64,000 bases of DNA from Candidatus Binatia bacterium (GCA_038245295.1 JBBRSP010000032.1:7410-71409); one strand, 5' to 3'; numbered from the stretch's first letter, positions 43,353-53,724 are shown. Numbers and translations: made by a program. The notes: generated by a model not told the origin, from the letters alone.

Positions 43353-44390
43353 TCAAACAGCCAACAGTGCTCGAGTGCGGCGGATCACATCCTGCCAGCG
43401 CTCCATCACAGCTGCCCCCTTCTCCCACGACTCGCTGGCGAAGTAGTGAATGATGTGGTCGGCGATGCCCTTGTACCGATCGACGATCTTCTGCGGCAGC
43501 TCGGCCCAGGTGCTGGTGATGGCGTAGACTTCGAGCATCTCGTCGGTGATCATTGCGGCCATTCCTGGAATGTCGCCCTGGCGTTGCAGCGCGGTCAGAC
43601 TTTCTGAGACGCCACTCCAGCCGTGGATCTCGAACACCTCTTTGTAGGCCGGCGTCGAGCCGTAGAAGGCGATCTGGAAGCGGGCGCGCTGGCGCCACTC
43701 CTCGCGTTCTTCGACGCTGTCGCCGACGATGGCGAAGATCGGGCAGGCGAGTTTCACTTGCTTCGGATCGCGCCCGGCCTTCTTGGCCCCGGCGGCGACA
43801 TTCGGGATCAGAACCTCGTCGAGAAACTTGCGCGAGTGGAACGGGTGGACGTGGACGCCGTCGGCGACCTCGCCGCAGGCGCGCAGCATCCATGGACGCA
43901 CCGCCGCAAGGTAGATCGGGATCTCCGGGTAGTCGATTGGTCCGGGAGTCCAGATGCCGAGCAGGCTGAAGTTGTAGAAGTCGCCTTTAAAGCTGAGACG
44001 CTCCTGTCCCTGGAAGGCCCGGAAGATGGCGCGCAAGGCAAGCACATACTCGCGTAGTCGCGCGCCCGGGTGATCATAGGTGGTGGAGAAGCGACGCTCG
44101 ATATGTGCCTTGATTTGAGTGCCGAGGCCGAGAATGAATCGGCCCTTGGTTGCTTCGGCAAGCTCCCAGGCGATCTGAGCTGTCACCATTGGGCTGCGTG
44201 GGAAGGCCGTGGCGATGGCGGTTCCGGTGCCGAGGTCCGGTGCGGCGATCGTGCTGGCGGCGCAGTTGAGGTAGGCGGTGCGCCCCGCCTCGGCGAGCCA
44301 CAAGCGATCGTAGCCGGCCGCCGCCAGAGCGCGCGAACGCTCACCGGCTTTGTGCAGCTCGAGTCCTGATCCGAACGCGTCGATTTCCAT
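43353..44390 (-). CDS. LLM-class F420-dependent oxidoreductase (TIGR03617-like)
   Basis: AFPRSPM, GRFILGLGTQIKAH, HVHPFHS, FYGSTPAY; paralog of 38993-39997. Confidence 0.9.
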   Translation of the reverse strand: MEIDAFGSGLELHKAGERSRALAAAGYDRLWLAEAGRTAYLNCAASTIAAPDLGTGTAIATAFPRSPMVTAQIAWELAEATKGRFILGLGTQIKAHIERRFSTTYDHPGARLREYVLALRAIFRAFQGQERLSFKGDFYNFSLLGIWTPGPIDYPEIPIYLAAVRPWMLRACGEVADGVHVHPFHSRKFLDEVLIPNVAAGAKKAGRDPKQVKLACPIFAIVGDSVEEREEWRQRARFQIAFYGSTPAYKEVFEIHGWSGVSESLTALQRQGDIPGMAAMITDEMLEVYAITSTWAELPQKIVDRYKGIADHIIHYFASESWEKGAAVMERWQDVIRRTRALLAV

Positions 44391-44486
44391 AAAGCCCTCA
44401 CTCGGGCGGAGCACGCCACTCTGTGGCGCCCGGCTGCGGAATTTGCGGAGCCAGCGTTGGGCGGCGCCGAGCGCTGTGCTTCGGCA

Positions 44487-44924
44487 TCAAGGGCGCGTCG
44501 GAAGCTCAGCGGTGAAGCTGCCGCTGATCGCAGTCTCGCCCTTCTGATTGAGGGCCACGACATCGCCCTCGATGAAGTGCTTGCCGTCGCTGTCGCTCTT
44601 CTTCGTGACCTTGCCTTTGCAGGTGATCGTGTCGCCGGGCCACACGCGCGTCGCGAAGCGCACCTTGAACTTGCGCAGATTCTCGCGGCCGACGTAGTCG
44701 GTGACACACTTGCTGACGAAGCCGGCGTTGAGCATGCCGTGCGAGAAGGTGCTCGGCAGGCCGACCTTCTGTGCGAACGGCTCGTCGTGGTGCATCGGGT
44801 TGAAGTCGCCGGAGGCGCCGGCGTACTTGACGAGGTCGGTGCGCGACAGATTCTCGACGACGAAAGCCGGCACTTCGTCGCCTTCCTTGACGTCTTCGAA
44901 GAAGAGTTTCTTTAGCTCAGCCAT
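44487..44924 (-). CDS. MaoC-family (R)-hydratase
   Basis: YAGASGDFNPMHHD, HGML, VWPGD. Confidence 0.9.
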   Translation of the reverse strand: MAELKKLFFEDVKEGDEVPAFVVENLSRTDLVKYAGASGDFNPMHHDEPFAQKVGLPSTFSHGMLNAGFVSKCVTDYVGRENLRKFKVRFATRVWPGDTITCKGKVTKKSDSDGKHFIEGDVVALNQKGETAISGSFTAELPTRP

Positions 44925-44939
44925 GATTCACCTCGTTTT

Positions 44940-44988
44940 GTGAGTTCCCATGGAACCTATGCGACCCATGGGACTCATAGGTCGTATG
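44940..44988. repeat. CCTATGCGAC-type short internally repeated element
   Basis: cccatggaacctatgcgacccatgggactcataggtcgtatg; related copy at about 38803-38835. Confidence 0.5.
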
Positions 44989-44992
44989 CTCG

Positions 44993-46156
44993 CTACGCTG
45001 TCGCCTGCAAGCTTTCTGGATGATCAAGCACCACCTGAGCTACGAGCTCACGATTCCAGGTGGCGTCACCGAAGGTCACTTCCGATCCCTTCGCCCGCTT
45101 GAAGTACAGGTGCATGTCGTGCTCCCACGTGAAGCCGATGCCGCCATGGATCTGGATGCCCTCGCCGCTGACGATGCGATAGGCATCGGAGCAATAGGCC
45201 TTGGCCATGCAGGCGGCGAGATGTGCTTCGGTAACGTTGTTGGCGACGGCCCAGGCGGCGTAGTAGGTCGCTGACTTCGAGCTTTCGACCTGTACCATCA
45301 TGTTGGCGCACTTGTGTTGAATCGCCTGGAAGCTGCCGATCGGCTTTCCGAACTGCTCGCGCACCTTGGCGTAGTCGACGCTCATTTCGAGCACCTTCTG
45401 CATGCCGCCGCACATCTCGGCGCACAGGGCGACCTTGGCGCGATCGATGAGACGTCCGAGCAGCGGCCATCCCTGCCCTGCTTTGCCGAGCACGGCGTCT
45501 TTGCCGACGTTGACGCCGGTGAAGGTGACTTCACAGAGCTTGCGCGTCTGATCCATCGTCTTGAGGACCGAACGTTTCACGCCGTCGGCCTTGGCATCGA
45601 CGATGAATAGCGTGATGCCCTTTTCGCCCTTCTTGCCGGCGGTGCGGGTGGGGACGATCAGGATGTCGGAGTTGTGTGCGTCGTGCACGAATAGTTTTGT
45701 GCCGTTCAGTGTGAAGCCGTCGGCCGTCTTGGTTGCGGCGAGCATGATGCCATCGGCATCCCAGCGGCCGCTCTCCTCGACTTGCGCCAGCGTCGCCTTC
45801 AGCGTGCCGTCGCAGATGCCGGGCAGGTACTTCTTCTTCTGCGCCTTGCTGCCGCCGAGGTCGATCGCCAGGCCGCCCAGGATGACGGTCGAAAAGTACG
45901 GACCCGGCATGACGCAACGGCCCATCTCTTCCAGAACAACGACGAGGTCGACCATGTTGAGGCCGCTGCCGCCGTATTCCTCCGGGAAGATGAGGCCGGT
46001 CCAGCCGAGGCCGGCAAGCTTGTTCCACTGCTCCCCGGAGTAACCGGTCTCGTCATCCATCATCTTGCGCACATAGGTCATGGCGCATTCGGTATCGAGA
46101 AATTGGCGCGCACTCTGGCGCAGCATGTCCTGCTCTTCACTGAATCCGAAATCCAT
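44993..46156 (-). CDS. Acyl-CoA dehydrogenase
   Basis: MDFGFSEEQ, REQFGKPIGSFQAIQH, IHGGIGFTWEHD. Confidence 0.93.
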   Translation of the reverse strand: MDFGFSEEQDMLRQSARQFLDTECAMTYVRKMMDDETGYSGEQWNKLAGLGWTGLIFPEEYGGSGLNMVDLVVVLEEMGRCVMPGPYFSTVILGGLAIDLGGSKAQKKKYLPGICDGTLKATLAQVEESGRWDADGIMLAATKTADGFTLNGTKLFVHDAHNSDILIVPTRTAGKKGEKGITLFIVDAKADGVKRSVLKTMDQTRKLCEVTFTGVNVGKDAVLGKAGQGWPLLGRLIDRAKVALCAEMCGGMQKVLEMSVDYAKVREQFGKPIGSFQAIQHKCANMMVQVESSKSATYYAAWAVANNVTEAHLAACMAKAYCSDAYRIVSGEGIQIHGGIGFTWEHDMHLYFKRAKGSEVTFGDATWNRELVAQVVLDHPESLQATA

Positions 46157-46247
46157 CTAAAGCGTCCTCCGCCGGTTTGCTGAACGTTCGTTAACCCGGG
46201 GGATTTATGCGTTCTGCAACCAAGAAGCAACGGGGCGGGTTCCCGCC

Positions 46248-46333
46248 AAAGGGTCCTGTCCCCTTTTTCGGCAGGCTCAAGCCTGTTGGCGCCTCGATGT
46301 TTCAGCTCGGCCAAAAGGGTCCTGACCCCTTTG
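46248..46333. repeat. Two AAAGGGTCCTG(A/T)CCCCTT palindromic elements
   Basis: aaagggtcctgtcccctttt and aaaagggtcctgaccccttt. Confidence 0.6.
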
Positions 46334-46378
46334 GCTTCACTGGTGCCGCGCTAAGAGTGGTGGTCTCGGAGCACGACG

Positions 46379-47509
46379 TTGTCACAAGCCATCAAAGATC
46401 AGATCCGTGCCGCCGCCCTCGAGCTCGGCTTCGCCCGTTGCGGCTTCGCGCGCCCGACCCGTCCGCCGCACGCCGATTTCGTCGAGCTTTGGGTGGAGGA
46501 GGGCAATGCCGCCGGCATGGCCTACCTCGGTAAACGCCTGGGGCGCCGCCTCGATCCGACAAACGTTCTCAAGACGGTGCGCAGCATCATCACTCTCTCG
46601 AATCGTTATGCCCCGCCGCCACTGCCGCCGCACGACTGGCGTGAATCGTTGCGCGGGCGCATCGCCGCCTACGCTCTCGGCGGCGACTATCACAAAGCGA
46701 TTGGGCCGCGGCTGGCGCAGCTGGCGCGTCAGATCGAAATGCTGACGCCGGGCTCGCGCGCACTTTGGTACATCGATACCGGCGCCATCCTCGAACGCGA
46801 ATGGGCCAGCCTCGGCGGCATCGGCTGGTTCGGCAAGAACACCAACATCCTGCGGCGCGATGACGGCTCGTGGTTCTTCCTTGGAGAGATCTTCACGTCG
46901 CTCGACCTTGAGCCGGATGCGCCGGTCGCCGACCACTGCGGCACGTGTACACGCTGTCTCGATTCATGCCCGACGGGGGCGCTGGCGCCAGGGTACAAGC
47001 TCGATGCGCGGCGTTGCATCTCGTATTGGACCATCGAGCACCGCGGCGCCATTCCGCTGGAGATGCGGCCGCTGCTTGGCAATTGGATTTTCGGTTGTGA
47101 CGAGTGCCAGGAGGTTTGTCCCTGGAACGACGATCACAAGCCGCCCGAGGCCGCTGCCTCGCCGCTGTTGCCCTATCTCCCCGATCTTCTCGCGCTGGAT
47201 GATGCGGCGTTCGAAGCAACCTATCGCGATACGTCCCTGTGGCGCACCAAACGCGACGGCTTGTTGCGTAATGTGGCGATCGCCCTCGGCAACAGTGGCA
47301 ACCCCGGGGCCGTACCGGCACTCGGCACGGCTTTGCGCTCCGACGCATCGCCTCTAGTACGTTTGCACTCGGCGTGGGCGCTGGGTGTGCTTGGGACGAG
47401 TGCGGCGCGAACTGCTCTCGATCGTGCCTTGGTGTCGGAAGCCGACGACAATGTGTTGAACGAGATCCACGACGCGCTCGCCGGTGGTCCAACGTCAAAG
47501 TCAAATTGA
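46379..47509 (+). CDS. queG: Epoxyqueuosine reductase
   Basis: DYHK, DTGAILER, GWFGKN, CGTCTRCLDSCPT, CISYWTIE, FGCDECQEVCPWN, HEAT tail. Confidence 0.95.
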   Translation: MSQAIKDQIRAAALELGFARCGFARPTRPPHADFVELWVEEGNAAGMAYLGKRLGRRLDPTNVLKTVRSIITLSNRYAPPPLPPHDWRESLRGRIAAYALGGDYHKAIGPRLAQLARQIEMLTPGSRALWYIDTGAILEREWASLGGIGWFGKNTNILRRDDGSWFFLGEIFTSLDLEPDAPVADHCGTCTRCLDSCPTGALAPGYKLDARRCISYWTIEHRGAIPLEMRPLLGNWIFGCDECQEVCPWNDDHKPPEAAASPLLPYLPDLLALDDAAFEATYRDTSLWRTKRDGLLRNVAIALGNSGNPGAVPALGTALRSDASPLVRLHSAWALGVLGTSAARTALDRALVSEADDNVLNEIHDALAGGPTSKSN

Positions 47510-47587
47510 CGCGGCGCGCGAGAACTTGCGGCGCGCACCTTGCGCGGCGCGGGGGCTGAAGTCTAAAGCGCCTTTACCGGAGACTGG

Positions 47588-48412
47588 ATGTCGGAAGCAC
47601 GCGAGAGATTCATGGCGATTGCGCGCCAGGACGACGACGCGATCGATGTTGCAGAAGCGGCGTTGTGGATCGCCAAGGAGGAGTACCCTTCCCTCGACGT
47701 CAGCCAATGTCTCTCCGAATTTGATCGTCTGGCGGCGCGTCTCGATGCGGAACGCGCCAAGAAGCTGTCGATCGCCGAGCGCGTCGCTCGACTCAATCAC
47801 TTCCTGTTTGTCGATTGCGGCTTCAGCGGTAACCAGGACGACTACTACGATCCACGCAACAGTTTCCTCAATGACGTCATGGAGCGCCGCACGGGAATTC
47901 CGATCACGTTGAGCACCGTGTATTGCGAAGTCGGCCGCCGTGTCGGCTTGCCGCTCCGCGGCGTCGCCTTTCCCGGGCACTTTCTGGTGAAGTACGAGAG
48001 TGATCCCGCCATCATCATCGACCCATTCTACGGCACGACGCTGACGCACGAGGAATGCGAAGAACGCCTACAGAACATCTATGGGCCGAAAGCCCGGCTT
48101 GATCCGCGCCTGCTGCAGGCGGCATCCCCGCGCGAGATCTTGGTGCGTTTGCTCAGCAATCTGAAACAGGTGTGGGTCGAGAAGAGTGACTCGATGCGGG
48201 CTCTCGCCTGTGTTGATCGGATCCTGCTGTTGACGCCGCAAGCGCCGCGCGAGCTGCGCGACCGCGGCATCCTCTACCAGAAGCTCGAGTGTTACTCGGC
48301 GGCGTTGCGCGACCTGGATGCGTATCTGCGTCTGGCTCCGAACGATGATGCCGCCGATGCCATCCGCGCCCTCCTGCCTGATTTACATCGCCAGGCTTCG
48401 CAGCTGCAGTAG
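47588..48412 (+). CDS. SirB1-family transglutaminase-like/TPR protein
   Basis: GFSGNQDDYYDPRNSFL, GIPITL, FPGHFL, RDRG. Confidence 0.9.
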   Translation: MSEARERFMAIARQDDDAIDVAEAALWIAKEEYPSLDVSQCLSEFDRLAARLDAERAKKLSIAERVARLNHFLFVDCGFSGNQDDYYDPRNSFLNDVMERRTGIPITLSTVYCEVGRRVGLPLRGVAFPGHFLVKYESDPAIIIDPFYGTTLTHEECEERLQNIYGPKARLDPRLLQAASPREILVRLLSNLKQVWVEKSDSMRALACVDRILLLTPQAPRELRDRGILYQKLECYSAALRDLDAYLRLAPNDDAADAIRALLPDLHRQASQLQ

Positions 48413-48431
48413 TGCGGTTCCTGACGCGCCC

Positions 48432-49529
48432 TCAGGACTGGATGTTGTCGCGTCCGAGACCGGCAAACCACTCGAGGATGCGCACGTTCTCCGAACGCGG
48501 ATAGGTGTGCGAGAGTTCCGCGAGCTCGCGATAGGTGAGGTCGGCGCCGGCGCGCTCCAGGACGTCGCGCGTGAAGCGCGCCATCTGTACCGGGAACAGG
48601 AAGTCGAGAGCGCCGTGCACGAGATAGATCGGTTTGCCGGCAGCGCGTTCGAGGTTGCCGACGTCTTCGTTGGCCGGATGTAGGACACCACACAACGGCG
48701 CAATGGCGCGGTAAACGTCGGGATGCAACAGGCCATAGAGCAGGCCAAAGGTGGCGCCGTCCGAGAGCCCGGTCATGAGAATGCGCCGGCGATCGATACG
48801 GTAGTGGCCATCAAGCCAGACGAGAATTTGCAGGATGCCCGTATCGTCGCCTTCGCCCCACGTATCGAGTAGCGCGCTCGGTGCCAGCAGAATGTAGCCA
48901 AGGCTGCGCGCCTCGCGCACCCAGGTCCACAGAAAGTCGCGGCCATTCCCCGAGCCGCCGTGTAGCGCGACGATCACCGGCCACTCGCGCTCCGGTGTAT
49001 AGGACTCCGGCACATACAGACTGAAGCCGCCGTGCTCGCCGCCGCGGCTCACATGCGTCAGGCCGACCCGCTCGTTGGCATTGGGGTTGGGCTCATCCGA
49101 TGGCGAACTCCCCGGCAAATCCCAGAACCCTGTAAACGGCTGCAGCGCCTGGCGCAGGATGTAAAACATCTCGGTGGCGCAGGCACAGTGATGCATGGCG
49201 GCGAGGATGCGCTCGATACTCTCTGGAGGGAACATCGTGGGGAACGCGGCGAAGTTTTCGTAGGCTTGCACGATGTGGGTGAAGCCCTCGCGGAAGCGCT
49301 CGGCGAATGGTTTGAGCTCTTCCGGCGGCGGGCTGTGCTCGAGCTCCGCGTCGGCTGCCGCGATGGCGTTGCCGAACAGGGCGGTTGCCTCGACGGCAAG
49401 GGCGGCACTGCGTTGCGGCGCCAACTTCTCGAAGGCGCCTTCCATCCACTCGAGATAGCGACGGGCGATCTTGCTCGCAGCGACAGTGGCGGCGAGATAC
49501 TGAGTTTCTTCGGGGCTGTAGTCGGCCAT
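48432..49529 (-). CDS. Phospholipase/carboxylesterase (alpha/beta hydrolase) with a helical N-terminal extension
   Basis: YVPESY, LHGGSG, GLSDG, HGALD, SHTYP. Confidence 0.82.
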   Translation of the reverse strand: MADYSPEETQYLAATVAASKIARRYLEWMEGAFEKLAPQRSAALAVEATALFGNAIAAADAELEHSPPPEELKPFAERFREGFTHIVQAYENFAAFPTMFPPESIERILAAMHHCACATEMFYILRQALQPFTGFWDLPGSSPSDEPNPNANERVGLTHVSRGGEHGGFSLYVPESYTPEREWPVIVALHGGSGNGRDFLWTWVREARSLGYILLAPSALLDTWGEGDDTGILQILVWLDGHYRIDRRRILMTGLSDGATFGLLYGLLHPDVYRAIAPLCGVLHPANEDVGNLERAAGKPIYLVHGALDFLFPVQMARFTRDVLERAGADLTYRELAELSHTYPRSENVRILEWFAGLGRDNIQS

Positions 49530-49546
49530 TGCCGTCGGGTGCCGGG

Positions 49547-50299
49547 TTACCGGAACAGATCCATCTCACGTGGGCGGATCAGCGGCTTGGCGCTGCCTTC
49601 GGCTGGTGCGAATTCGTAGCCGCGCACGAGAACCGCCGGTACACCGTCACCTTTTTTCATCAGCAGACCAGCAGCGGCGGCGAGGGCGTCGCCCTGGGCC
49701 ATGAAGGTGTGGTGCAGCTCGCGGCCGTTCATGTCGGTCGACCCTCGTAGGTCGAGGATGGCGTCCATGCCGGCGAGGCCAAGGGCGAAGTCGACGAGGC
49801 CGTCACGCCAAGGGCGGCCAAAGGTATCGGTGATGATGACCGCGACGGCGACACCGGTGCGTTTGCGGATCTCGCTTCGCAGTGCCTGCGCCGAAGCGTC
49901 CGGGTCGACAGGCAAGAGGATCACCGTGTCGGGCGCGAGCGCATTGGATTCGTCGACGCCGGCGTTGGCGCAGACCCAGCCCGGACCCGTTTCGACGATC
50001 AGATGGCCGCGGTCCATCTTGATGATGCGGCTCGTCTCACCCAGGATGACCTCGACGATACGCGGATCCTTATCCTCCGTTTGCGCGGCGATGCTCTTGG
50101 CGAACGGTGAGGCTTCGATGTCGGCGAGGCGGACGATGCGGCCCTCGGCTTTGGAGACGACCTTCTGACACACGATAACGATATCGCCGTCGGCGAAATC
50201 GATCTTCGACTGACGCGCGCCATCTAGGATGAGGGTCGCAAGATCGTCTCCCGGTTTTACCGGTGGGATACCGTTGATTGGCGCGAGACTCAGGCTCAC
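49547..50299 (-). CDS. cofE: F420-0:L-glutamate ligase
   Basis: PGDDL, KVVSKAEG, ANAGVDESN, DTFGRPWR. Confidence 0.93.
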   Translation of the reverse strand: MSLSLAPINGIPPVKPGDDLATLILDGARQSKIDFADGDIVIVCQKVVSKAEGRIVRLADIEASPFAKSIAAQTEDKDPRIVEVILGETSRIIKMDRGHLIVETGPGWVCANAGVDESNALAPDTVILLPVDPDASAQALRSEIRKRTGVAVAVIITDTFGRPWRDGLVDFALGLAGMDAILDLRGSTDMNGRELHHTFMAQGDALAAAAGLLMKKGDGVPAVLVRGYEFAPAEGSAKPLIRPREMDLFR

Positions 50300-51243
50300 T
50301 GGTCGAGCTCCTTTAGGACAGCCGCGGCGAGGCGTTTCGACTTCGCCGGTGTGGTCATCAGGGTGTCGGTCACCAAGACCCGCATGCCCAGACGCGCGAT
50401 CGACGGCGCGTAACGCACGTCTCGCTCGTCGATGACGAACAGGTCCACGAAATCGGTGTAGAGCTTGGCAACGCCGAGCGGCGACACGTCGTGCCCGAGG
50501 CCGCGTAGCATGCGATGCAGGGGACCTTTTACGGGCAGACCTCCAACAATGGGACTAATCGCGGCGACCTGAGCCGAGGCCTTGGCCAGCGCCTGGCGCA
50601 CACCCTTGAGCGCGACGATCGGGCCGATGCTCACGAAGGGGTTACTCGGCGGTAGGATGATGTGCTCCGCCGCACGAATGGCGGTAAGTACTCCCGTCGC
50701 CGGTGCCGCGGCTTTGGCGCCGCGTGCCTCGATGCGTTGGACAACACCGATGCCGCGTTGGTGTACCAGGTATTCTTGAAAGGGTAGGGCGCCGCGCTTC
50801 GCTACCGTCACGAAGGTGCGCACCGAAGCGTCAGTCATCGGCAGAACCGTGGGCTTCACCTCGAGCGCACGCGCCAACTCGGCCGTTACCTTCGATAGCC
50901 TGACGCCGCGCCGCAAAGACTCGGTGCGATAGATGTGTGTCGCCAGGTCGCGATCGCCGAGCTGAAACCACGCATCCGGATAGAAGCGGCGTAGGGCATC
51001 TAGACTCGTGTAGGTGTCGCCGGCGATACCCCAGCCCTGTTGCACCGACGCGAGGCCGGCGAGGGTGTAGAGGATTGTGTCGACGTCGGGACTGACGTGC
51101 AGCCCGAAAAACGTCTCATCGTCACCGGTGTTGACAATGACGGTGAGACGTCGCGGGTCAATGAGTGAGTTGAGGCCCCGCAGAAACCGCGCTGCGCCCA
51201 CTCCTCCAACCAGAACTGTTATGCGCTTCGTGTACTTGGCCAT
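50296..51243 (-). CDS. cofD: 2-phospho-L-lactate/PEP transferase
   Basis: GGVGAARF, VNTGDD, PDVDT, LGDRDLATH, PSNPFVSIGPI. Confidence 0.93.
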   Translation of the reverse strand: MAKYTKRITVLVGGVGAARFLRGLNSLIDPRRLTVIVNTGDDETFFGLHVSPDVDTILYTLAGLASVQQGWGIAGDTYTSLDALRRFYPDAWFQLGDRDLATHIYRTESLRRGVRLSKVTAELARALEVKPTVLPMTDASVRTFVTVAKRGALPFQEYLVHQRGIGVVQRIEARGAKAAAPATGVLTAIRAAEHIILPPSNPFVSIGPIVALKGVRQALAKASAQVAAISPIVGGLPVKGPLHRMLRGLGHDVSPLGVAKLYTDFVDLFVIDERDVRYAPSIARLGMRVLVTDTLMTTPAKSKRLAAAVLKELDQ

Positions 51244-52402
51244 CGGAGACCTTGCCATACAGGGTTGTACGCTCTTCGGGAATACGCCCCACGCCTTCAA
51301 TTAACGCGCGGATGCTCTCGACCGGCAGGTACTCGCCGGCGTCGGCGCCGGCCGACTTGGAGATTTGCTCTTCCATCAGCGTACCGCCGAAGTCGTTGCA
51401 ACCGGCACCCAGCGTGATCTGCGACAACTCGAGGCCCAACTTGACCCACGAGGTCTGCAGGTTGTCGATCCAGCCGCGCAGCATGAGACGCGAGAACGCG
51501 TACATGCGCACGTCCGGGATGCCCTTTGGTGGGGGATCAACCAGGCCCTTCTGGTACAGCGCCGTGTAGGTATGGATGAAACGCAGCGGCACGAACTCGG
51601 TGAAGCCGCCGGTCTCCTTTTGAATCGTGCGCAACAGCTCGAGGTGGCGCACCACGTGTTCGGGCTTCTCAATGTGTGCGTACATCACGGTCGATGTCGT
51701 GCGGACGCCGACGCGATGCGCCGTGGTGATGATTTCCACCCAGGTGCGCACGTCGACTTTCTTATGACTCAAGACTTCTCGAATCTCGTCGTCGAGGATT
51801 TCTGCCGCGGTCCCAGGGATCGTTCCCAGCCCCGCATCGCGCAGCATCGAGATGTAGTCGTGGTAATTCATGCCGGTGCGGCGCGCGCCGTACATGATCT
51901 CCATCGGCGAGAAGGCGTGCACGTGTAGCTGCGGGAAGCGCTTCTTGATGTCGACCAGGAGGTCGCGATAGCCGAAGGCGTCCATCTCGGGATTGATGCC
52001 GCCCTGCATGCACACTTCGGTGGCGCCGCGATCGATGGCGTCCTGGATCTTTCCGAGGACGATCTCATTCGAGTCGGTGCGTGCGTCTTCGTCCTTGCGA
52101 TGCCGCGCGAAGGCGCAGAACTGGCAGCCTACGAAACAGACATTGGTGAAGTTGACGTTGCGGTTGACGACATACGTGACGACGTCTCCCACATCCTCGC
52201 GGCGAATGTGATCCGCCGTACGAATCAGTGCCGCCAGATCGGTGCCGGTGGCGTGGAGCAACGCCAGACCGTCTTCGAAGCCGAGCTCTTGGCGATTGAG
52301 CGAGCGTTCGAGAATCGCGCGCATCGTGGGCGACGCTTCACCAAGAAGCGAGTCGAGCGAGCCCGACTCGAACACGAGATCACGCAGTTTGTGGATCAAC
52401 AT
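51158..52402 (-). CDS. cofH: FO synthase subunit 2 (radical SAM)
   Basis: NRNVNFTNVCFVGCQFCAF, PGTAAEIL, QTSWVKLG, NDFGGTLMEE. Confidence 0.92.
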   Translation of the reverse strand: MLIHKLRDLVFESGSLDSLLGEASPTMRAILERSLNRQELGFEDGLALLHATGTDLAALIRTADHIRREDVGDVVTYVVNRNVNFTNVCFVGCQFCAFARHRKDEDARTDSNEIVLGKIQDAIDRGATEVCMQGGINPEMDAFGYRDLLVDIKKRFPQLHVHAFSPMEIMYGARRTGMNYHDYISMLRDAGLGTIPGTAAEILDDEIREVLSHKKVDVRTWVEIITTAHRVGVRTTSTVMYAHIEKPEHVVRHLELLRTIQKETGGFTEFVPLRFIHTYTALYQKGLVDPPPKGIPDVRMYAFSRLMLRGWIDNLQTSWVKLGLELSQITLGAGCNDFGGTLMEEQISKSAGADAGEYLPVESIRALIEGVGRIPEERTTLYGKVSDGQVHEAHNSSGWRSGRSAVSAGPQLTH

Positions 52403-53610
52403 AGTTCAACTCCTCTGTCGGCGGCACAGGCTACTACATGGGGATGTAGGCTGGAATCGAGGAACTCCGAACGCTCGACGTAGTCGGCGTAGATCGGCAA
52501 ACGCGGCCGCAGGGCAAAGCCCGCTTCCGTGCAGGTTTGCGCCAGAGCGGCGATGTGCGGCCAGGGCGCCTCGGGATTGACGAAGTCCGGCGTCAGCGGC
52601 GAGATACCGCCCCAATCGTTGATGCCGGCATCGATCAGCAAGCGATGGTCCGATGGGCTGAGGTTGGGTGGCGCCTGAATGTTCATGTCAGGCATCATCA
52701 GCCGTGCGATGGCAATGACCTTGGCGATCTCGACGTTCTCCGGCTCCGGATGGGCCGCCATCTTGGTGGTCGGCTTGGCGCGGAAATTCTGAATGATGAT
52801 TTCTTGAATGTGACCAAAGTCGGCGTGTGCTTGGGCAATGGCAACGAGGCTATCGATGACCTCGGCGCGGTTCTCGCCGATGCCGAGCAGGATCCCGGTC
52901 GTGAACGGAATCTGCAGCTCGCCGGCCTCGCGAATCATTTGCAGGCGCCGCACCGGGTCCTTGTCGGGTGCATGGTGATGCGCCTCACCCTTGCCGCGCA
53001 AACGCGGGCTGATGTTTTCGAGCATCAGACCCATACTGACGTTGACCGGCTTCAGGGCGCGCATCTCGTCGCGGCTCATCAAGCCGGCGTTGGTGTGCGG
53101 CAAGAGGCCTTCTTGGATGGCGATCTCGCAGGCCTGACCGACGTAGCTGATCGTCGACTCATGCCCGAGCGCCGCGAGGGTATGGCGATAGCTCTTGAAC
53201 GCAACTTCCGGCTTGTCGCCGAGGCACATGAGCGCCTCGATGCAGCGCAGTTTATTGGCCTGACGACTGCTGGCGCGAATCTCTTCAGGGAGCATGGTCC
53301 ATGCCTGTGCATCCTCCGGGTCAGCACGGAATGTACAGTAGGCGCAGCGGTCGCGGCATAGGTTGGTCACCGGCACGAAGACCTTGGGCGAGTAGGTGAG
53401 GCGGCGCCCCTTACGGGAAGTACGCACAAATCCGGCGGTAGCGATCAGCGCGCCAATCTCAGCGCTCGTCTCCGTGTTCAATAGTTCAAGCGCCTTGGTT
53501 GGCTTGAGTGGCTCGCCGCGTAGGGCGCGCTCGAGTGTGGCACCCGCGGTGGCGCTGACGGCGGAAAGTCCGGGCGCCTCGTGTGCGGCAGGCGCGGCTG
53601 CGTCGAACAT
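52396..53610 (-). CDS. cofG: FO synthase subunit 1 (radical SAM)
   Basis: TYSPKVF, CRDRCAYC, PFTTGILLGIGE, QAPPNL, DWGGISP, NPEAPWP. Confidence 0.93.
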   Translation of the reverse strand: MFDAAAPAAHEAPGLSAVSATAGATLERALRGEPLKPTKALELLNTETSAEIGALIATAGFVRTSRKGRRLTYSPKVFVPVTNLCRDRCAYCTFRADPEDAQAWTMLPEEIRASSRQANKLRCIEALMCLGDKPEVAFKSYRHTLAALGHESTISYVGQACEIAIQEGLLPHTNAGLMSRDEMRALKPVNVSMGLMLENISPRLRGKGEAHHHAPDKDPVRRLQMIREAGELQIPFTTGILLGIGENRAEVIDSLVAIAQAHADFGHIQEIIIQNFRAKPTTKMAAHPEPENVEIAKVIAIARLMMPDMNIQAPPNLSPSDHRLLIDAGINDWGGISPLTPDFVNPEAPWPHIAALAQTCTEAGFALRPRLPIYADYVERSEFLDSSLHPHVVACAADRGVELC

Positions 53611-53697
53611 AGCGTCGTTGCTACCACAACCGAATCGACTGCCATAGTGGGTGTCGCATTCTTGGGAAGGATCGCCTGTTTACCGAGATTCCTGTTC

Positions 53698-53724
53698 GTG
53701 GGGCGGTTCGCGAACCGCCCCTAC
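53698..53724. repeat. GTAG-family REP-like palindrome
   Basis: gtggggcggttcgcgaaccgcccctac. Confidence 0.7.
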
